Assembly (NCBI RefSeq): GCF_009914755.1
Contig: NC_060931.1
From: the human T2T-CHM13v2.0 reference genome, Homo sapiens
DNA: 64,000 nucleotides
Strand: one strand, 5' to 3'
A program made the position numbers and the translations under genes. The notes under the pieces were generated by a model. That model searched no databases and was not told the origin of the DNA. It was given only the letters and a program-made list of their open reading frames with translations. Of this stretch, positions 57,101 to 64,000 are shown in pieces. Numbering within the stretch: the stretch's first letter is position 1; each line of letters begins with the position of its first letter.

Positions 57101-57699
57101 CCTGTGTTACATGACAGACCGCAGTGAGCTAAACTGCTTCACCAAAATGCAATCAAATACCTCAAAGAAAGAGAGAACAGGATGGAAATGACCAAATTTA
57201 CTGATGGTTTGGGTTGGCAAAGTTCTATTAAGTTCTAACATTAGCTCTGGGCTCATAAATCATCATTAGTTCTGTCTCCCACTTCTGATAGTTAAATTGC
57301 TGCAGTTGAAGTTGACTTTTCAATAAGTTCTATAGCAATTTACATGCAGTCAAGGTCGAATGGATGGTAGACTCGCACGTTGTTCCCTCCATTTTTCTCC
57401 TGTAATGCTTGTCTTTCTCCGTCTTCCACTTACTGTCTTACTGCTTTATATCACTTATATCCTTGAAGATTAAAATTGCAGCTGATCTATTTCAGTAAAT
57501 ATTCCCGTATTTGTGTCATTCTGTTAGGATTTCTATTCTGTGTTCTCTTAATTTTTGCTCCATATCACTTATTACTTGATTTAAAGTCTTTATCACTTCG
57601 CACTCAAAGCACTATATTTTCTAGTCACTCCCTATGTTTCTTCTCTCACCTGAGTTCACTGTGTCCATGTTTCCTTTTGGTCTCTTCTGCTCCAGCCTA

Positions 57700-58255
57700 C
57701 TCTAAATAATGATATTCCCAAGATTCAACCTTGGTTCTCTTTCCTTCTCAATCTGTACACTCACTTTGAGCAATAGCATCTATACCCATGCACATGATGA
57801 TGTCTCTCTTGAGCTCTCCAGGTTTATCATCTAGTTGCCTTCTAGACATCCAGATGAACTACACCTATCTCAGACATGAAATGTTGAAGAATGAGTTTAT
57901 AGCCTTCCTCCTGAATTCCTGATTTAAGTTCATGGCAAAATTCCTTAACCAATCACCGTTTACCCACCCCTTTATTTTCCCAAATAAAGACAATTGTCAG
58001 CTTTTGTCAATTCCACGTCTTTAATAGATTACATATTTAAAACTTCTTTTCCATCTACCCTAATGTGTATTACTGATTTCCATTATCAATATATTTCTTG
58101 CAAAACTTCAGGCTTTCATCATGTCTCATATGGATTCAGTAGAGGCAACGTAGAGAATGGATTTGATAGAAGCATTGTGTTTACATGAAATTATAAACTA
58201 ATATGTTCATTGCATCATTTATTCAACAAATATTTCTAAGCCCCAGTTCTGAGGC
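57700..58255. mobile_element. L2 fragments
   Basis: CCTTGGTTCTCTTTCCTTCTCAATCTGTACAC; CATTTATTCAACAAATATTT. Confidence 0.55.
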
Positions 58256-58539
58256 AAAAAACAAAAGGTATACCTAATTTAAAATGCAAAGTGGGAGGAT
58301 GAGTGGCAGATGAATTGGGGATATAATGGTAGAACTTTCCCTAGTAATTTCAATGTTGACATTGTCATAATTTAAGTGAAAAATTGCAAATATTTCAAGT
58401 AATTTAGATAGTTCTTTCATATTTACAGTAGCTATAGATCTCCCTACTACCTCAGCTCCATGAAAGTTTGGGAAGGAGATAAAACCTCTTCTGAACATAT
58501 TTCTTTTGATAGTAGTTGAGACATTGACATTGAATTAAT

Positions 58540-61500
58540 GTTTTTTAATTGAGTTGAAATTCACATAACATAAACTTAAGCATTTGAAAGTGAAAAACTC
58601 ATTAGGGTTTACTTAGTATATTTCAAATGTCGTACAACTACCACTTCTGTCTAGTTTCAAAATATTTTCATCACCTCAAAGGAAAACCCCTTATCCCGTA
58701 AGCACTTTCTCCCACCCTCCCCCTACTCCCAAACCCTGATAAGCACCAATCTGTATTCTGTCTGTATGGCTTTACCTATGCTTAATATTTCATATAAATG
58801 GAATCGCACAATATGTAATCTTTTGTGTCTGGGTTCTTTCACTTTGCATAATGTATTCAGGTTTATCCACATTGTAGCATGTTTCAGCACTTTGTTCCTC
58901 TTTATGCTAAATAATATTCCATTGTATGTATACATCACATTTTTTTCTGACCATTAATCTGTTGATGGATATTTGGGATGTTTCCAACTTTTGGTTCTTG
59001 TGAATGGTGGTACTATTAACATATATATGTACATATACTTGTTTGAGTACATGCTTTTAATTCTTCTGGGTATATACTTAAAACTGAAAATGATGAGTCA
59101 TATGGTAAATCTATGTTTTATTTTTGAAGAACAACCAAACCGTTTTCCACAGCAGCTTCCCTATTTTACATTCTCACCAGAAGTGCACAAGGGTTCCAAT
59201 TTCTTGTCATTCTAGCGGCTGTGAAATCGTACCTGTGGTTTTGATTTTCATTTCCCTATTGACTAATGATTTTGATCATGTTTTCATGTCTTCTTGGTGA
59301 TTTATATATCTTCTTTGAAGAAATGTCTATTTTGTTTCTTTTCCTATTTTTTAGTTGTGTTGTCTTTTTATTGTTGAGTTGAGGAGTTCTCTATATATTC
59401 TGGATATTAGAACCTTATCAATTAGATGATTTGCAAATATTTTCTTCTATTCTGTAGATTGAGTTTTCATTTTCTTGATAATGTTCTTTGATGTAAAGCC
59501 CTTTTAATGTTGATGAGTACAGTTAATAGCAAAATTTTTGTTGTTGATCTTTATGATTTTGTTCGGCTATCAAGGAATCCACTGCCAAATTCAAGGACTT
59601 GCCAAGATTTACTCCTATGTTTTCCTCTAAGAGTTTTTGGTTTTAGCTCTGATATTTAGTCTTTGGCCTATTCTGAGTTGATTTTTGTAAATGGAGTGAG
59701 GTAGGGGTTCTCATTTCACTCTTTTGCTTATGTATTTCCAGTTGTACCAACAACATTTGTTGGTGAGATTATCATTTTCTTCATTTGGTGCCCTTGTTCA
59801 AAATCAAGTGGAAATAGTTGTATGGGTTTATTTCTGGACTCTCGATGATCTATATGTCTCTATACACCAGTGCCATACTTTCTTGATTACCATAGCTTCT
59901 TTGTAAGTTTTTAAGTCAGAATATATGAATTCTTTAACTTTGTTTTGTTTCAAGATTGTTCGGCTATTTTAAAATTATTGTTAAATTCTTGTAGAATTTA
60001 ACAATGACAATTCTATATGAATTTGAGGATTAGTTTTTCCCTGTTTGTAAAAAGGCTGTCGAAATTTTGACAGAGATTTCACTGAATCTATAGATGATAT
60101 TAACATAAAAACTTTTGAGAAATTAAATTTAACAGCATTTGAGCAAAGAATGATTCATGAATTAGGCAGCACTCAGAATAGAAGAGGTTCAGAGCTCCAC
60201 TTTGCAATATGGGCAGTATTTATAGACAGAACGTGATGTAAAGTGCAGAAATAGCTCGATTGATTAGAGCTAGACATTTGACTGACATGGACATGGTCTG
60301 ATCAGTTGGCTGCCTGTGATTGGTAAAGATCAGGCTATGTGTTCTAAAAATCAGACCCCCAAGTTGTTTCTTTATGTACTAAGTTAGATTGTGATGCACT
60401 ATGAAGGAACTCAAAGTATGGAGACAGCATCAGGTCAATGGCCTCCTGTTTATTTAATTTAACAATGGCGATCAGAAATATTGCCATCTTAACTATATTG
60501 TCTTCAATTCTTGAATACGGTATGCAATTCCAATTATTTACGTATTAAATTGCTTTTAGCAATGATTTTTAGTTTTCAGTATATGAGTCTTTCATTGTTT
60601 AAATTTATTTCTAGGTATTTTAATTTTTGAATGCTTATGTAAATGAAATTTTCTTAATTTACTTTTCAGTTTGTTCATTAATAGTGCAAAAAATACAACT
60701 TAAATTTGTGTTTATCTTGTACCTGCAACTTTGCTAAATTATTAGTTTTAGTTGTGTCATTCTTGTTTTTTCAGATTCCTTGGAATTCCCTAGATATAAG
60801 ACCATGCCATCTCTGAATAGAGAGTTTTACTTTTTCCTCTCTAATTTGTATGCATTTTATTTCTTTTCCTTGCCCAACTGCTCTAACTAGAACTTCCAGT
60901 ACAATGTTGAAGAGCAGTAGTAGAAGTGGGCATCCTTGTCTTGTTCTTGATCTTAGGGGGAAAGCTTTCTTTATTTCATTATTGAGTATGATGTTAGGTA
61001 GGTGTGGGTTTAGGAATTTCCCTTCTTTTCTTAGTTTCCTGAGTGTTTTTATCAAGAAACAATGTTGATTTTTTTCAAATGCTCTGTGTCAATTGACATG
61101 ATCACATGGTTTCTTTCATTTTATTATTATGATGTGTTAAGCAAACTGATTCTCTTTTGTTGAACCACCCTTCCATTACTAGGATATACCCCACTTGGTC
61201 ACAGTGTATAACCTTTTAATATGCTTTTGGATTCAAATAGCTGATATTTTGTTGAGGATTTTGAGTCTATATTCATATAGGAATATTGGTCTCTAGTTTT
61301 GTTATGGTGTCTTTGTCTGGCTTTGGTATGAGAATACTAGTGGCCTCATAGATTCAGTTAGGAAGTGTTCCCACCTCTTCAATTTTTTGGAAGAGTTTGA
61401 GAAGGATTGGTGTTAATTCTTTAAATGTCCAGTAGAATTCACCAGTGAAGCCATCTGGTCTTTGACTTTTGTTTTTTAAGGTTTTGTTGTTGTTGTTTTT

Positions 61501-62121
61501 AAAGGACTGATTAAATCTCTTTGTTATAGATCTGGTTATAGTTCCTATTTTTTCTTGAGTTAGTTTTGGTAATTTCTGTGTTTCTAGGAACATGTCCTTT
61601 TCATTCAGGTTATTTGTCAGCACACAACTGTTCACAGTCAAATCTTACAATCCTTTTTCCATATATAAGTTTGATATAATGTCTTCACTTTCATTTCTCA
61701 TTTTATTTAATTGAATCTTATCTTTCTCTTTTCAAATTTGGGGAGTTCTGAGACATTTTTCTCCGCTAATGTAGTTTTTCTTTTTCTCTCTTTTCCTTGT
61801 GTGACTTCTGTAATATATATTTCGGTATCCTTGTTGATATCCCATAGGTTCCTTAGGCTTTGCTCATTTTCCTGTTATTTCTTTCTGCTCCTAAGACTGG
61901 ATAATTTCAGTTTTCCTATCTTAAAGTTTACTGATTCATCCTTCAACATGCGAAAATGTTTCTTGAAATTCTCAAGTGAAGTTTTCACTTCACTTATTTG
62001 TACTTGCAAGCCCAAGATTTTCTATTTGGTTCCTTTTGATAATTTCTATCTTTTTATTGATATTTTCCTTTTGTTTATACATCATTACCCTAGTTTCCTT
62101 CAGGTTTTATGTTCTTGGTTT
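58540..62121 (-). mobile_element. L1MB-type element on - (3'UTR, ORF2 pieces, ORF1 fragment)
   Basis: - strand [24 protein letters not shown] and PDGFTGEFY; L1MB 3'UTR at 58540-59200. Confidence 0.85.
60095..60464 (-). mobile_element. ERV1 MER4-group solo LTR (MER92/MER93-like) inside the L1
   Basis: Reverse complement begins TGTTAAATTAAATAAACAGGAGGCCATTGACCTGA; interrupts collinear L1 ORF2. Confidence 0.6.
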
Positions 62122-62983
62122 TGTGTCTAGAATTGGTGAGTTTCTTGGTCTCGCTGACTTCATGAATAAAGCTGCGGACCCTCACGGTGAGTGTTACAGT
62201 TCTTAAAGATGGTGTGTCCAGAGTTTGTTCCTTCTGGAGGGTTCATGGTCTTGCTGACTTCAGGAGTGAAGCCACAGATCTTCACAGTAAGTGTTACAGC
62301 TCTTTAAGGTGGCATATTCAGAGTTGTTTGTTTCTCCCGGTGGGTTCGTGGTCTCGCTGACTTCAGGAGTGAAGCTGCAGACCTTCGCAGTGAGTGTTAC
62401 AACTCTTAAAGCAGCGCATCTGGAGTTGTTCATTCCTCCTGTTGGGTTCGTGGTCTCCCCGGCTTCAGGAGTGAAGCTGCAGACCTTTGCGGTGAGTATT
62501 ACAACTCATAAAGGTAATGCGGACCCAAAGAGTGAGCAGCAGCAAGATCTATTGCAAAGAGCGAAAGAACAAAGCTTCCACAGTGTGGAAGTCGAGGTGG
62601 GTTGCCGCTACTGGCTCGGGTGGCCTGCTTCTATTCCCTTATTTGGCCACACTCACATCCTGCTGATTGGTCCATTTTACAGAGCGCTGATTGGTCCATT
62701 TACAGAGTGCTGATTGGTCCGTTTTTACAGAGTGCTGACTGGTGCGTTTACAAACCTTTAGCCAGACACAGAGTGCTGATTGGTGCATCTACAATCCTTT
62801 AGCTTGACAGAAAAGTTCTCCAAGTCCCCACCCGATTAGCCAGACACAGAGTGCTAATTGGTGCATTTACAAACCTTTAGCTAGACACAGAGTGCTGATT
62901 GGTGTGTTTACAATCCTTTAGCTAGACAGAAAAGTTCTCCAAGTCCCCACCCAACCTAGAAGCCCAGCCGGCTTCATCTCTCA
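62122..62983 (-). mobile_element. LTR12-family (ERV9) solo LTR, short LTR12/LTR12F type
   Basis: Reverse complement begins TGAGAGATGAAGCCGGCTGGGCTTC; repeated CCAATCAGCACTCTG units and U5 repeats; TSD GTTT/GTTT. Confidence 0.93.
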
Positions 62984-63159
62984 GTTTCCTTTAGTTCTTT
63001 GAGCATATGTAAGACAGTTGACTTAAATCATTATCTAATAAGTCCACTATCTGGGCTTCCTTAGGAATGGTTTCCATCAATTTCTTTGAGACTTCAGAGG
63101 CTACACATGAGTGAATGCAATTAAATCCACAATGTGATGCCTCTACATATTCACCAGAA

Positions 63160-63860
63160 TGTATAACATTTAAAAAGGAAAAGAAAAAGGAAGAACACAA
63201 AACACAAATGAGTATAGTAAGTGTTGGCAAAGATGCAGAGTAACTGAAATTTTCATTCACGACTAGGGCATGTATAAATTAGTAAAACCTAAAAACTATT
63301 TGGCAGTGTCTATTAATGTTGAATATATTGAATATATACCCTGTGCATAGTAACACTACTTCCAGGGATCTTCCAAAATCAAATGTGTAACTATGTGCAT
63401 CATAAGACAGGTACAAGAATATTCATAGCAGCGTCATTTGTAATTACCCCAAACTTTAAATAATCTAATGTCAAACAACAGTAGAATAGGCAAGTAAATT
63501 TTAGAATTATATACAAAAATGAAAATGAAACTATTATATTCTTGAATATGGATCAATCTTACAAATATAGTATTAAGCAAAAAGAGCCACATAAGAGTGC
63601 GTATTATGTATGACTATTTATAAACATTCAGAAGCAGGCAAAACTAATTGGGTGGTAGGATTCAGAATTGTGCCTATCTGTGTGTAGGGGTATAATGACT
63701 AAGATTGAGCATGAGGAAAGCTTCTAAATTGCTGGTAAACATTTAAAATTTTGCTGTGAGGCGGTGGTTACACAAGTTTGTTCACACTGTCACTAAGACA
63801 AGCACTTATGATTATTACACTTATTTTGTATATGTGTTATGCTTTAAAAGGTTTTCACAT
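63160..63860 (+). mobile_element. Old L1MD/ME 3' end
   Basis: AAGTGTTGGCAAAGATGCAGAG, ACAAGAATATTCATAGCAGC, AAACATTCAGAAGCAGGCAAAACTAA. Confidence 0.7.
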
Positions 63861-64000
63861 CTATCAGTTTATAAAATTTTTTTAAATTGTATTTTATCAG
63901 TATTGGCGAGGATACAGGGAAAAATTGCTCAAATACTAGCAGTGGGAATGTAAGTTAAAACAACTACTCAGGGGAGCAAATCAGTGAAATCTATTAAGGA

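Noticed and set aside
62160-62960. Regular repeats that resemble a CRISPR-like array
   Set aside because: Known internal U3/U5 tandem repeats of LTR12; no unique spacers; eukaryotic context

Overview
Anthropoid primate (human-like) genomic DNA, AT-rich and almost entirely interspersed repeats: about 13 Alus (J, S and Y types), many nested LINE-1 copies (nearly all on + from 3.9 to 55.4 kb), L2/MIR relics, DNA-transposon MITEs (MER58, MER5A, MER44, MER85) and many LTRs (THE1, MST, MLT1, MER4D-like, MER9, LTR12). I recognise no intact cellular gene; the listed ORFs are repeat fragments or microsatellite artefacts. The most notable structure is a 4.1-kb internally deleted HERV-K(HML-5)/LTR22 provirus with a tRNA-Met-type PBS. 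It sits inside a MER85 piggyBac MITE, next to the CSB-PGBD3-binding palindrome, within an old L1 carrying four other insertions. There are also scars of templated repair: a ~190-bp local copy pasted into an L1, an MST fragment pasted into another L1 (both with junction hairpins), a half-inverted MER44 and a twin-primed L1. I found no convincing new biological system. Subfamily names come from recalled consensus sequences and need RepeatMasker/Dfam confirmation.
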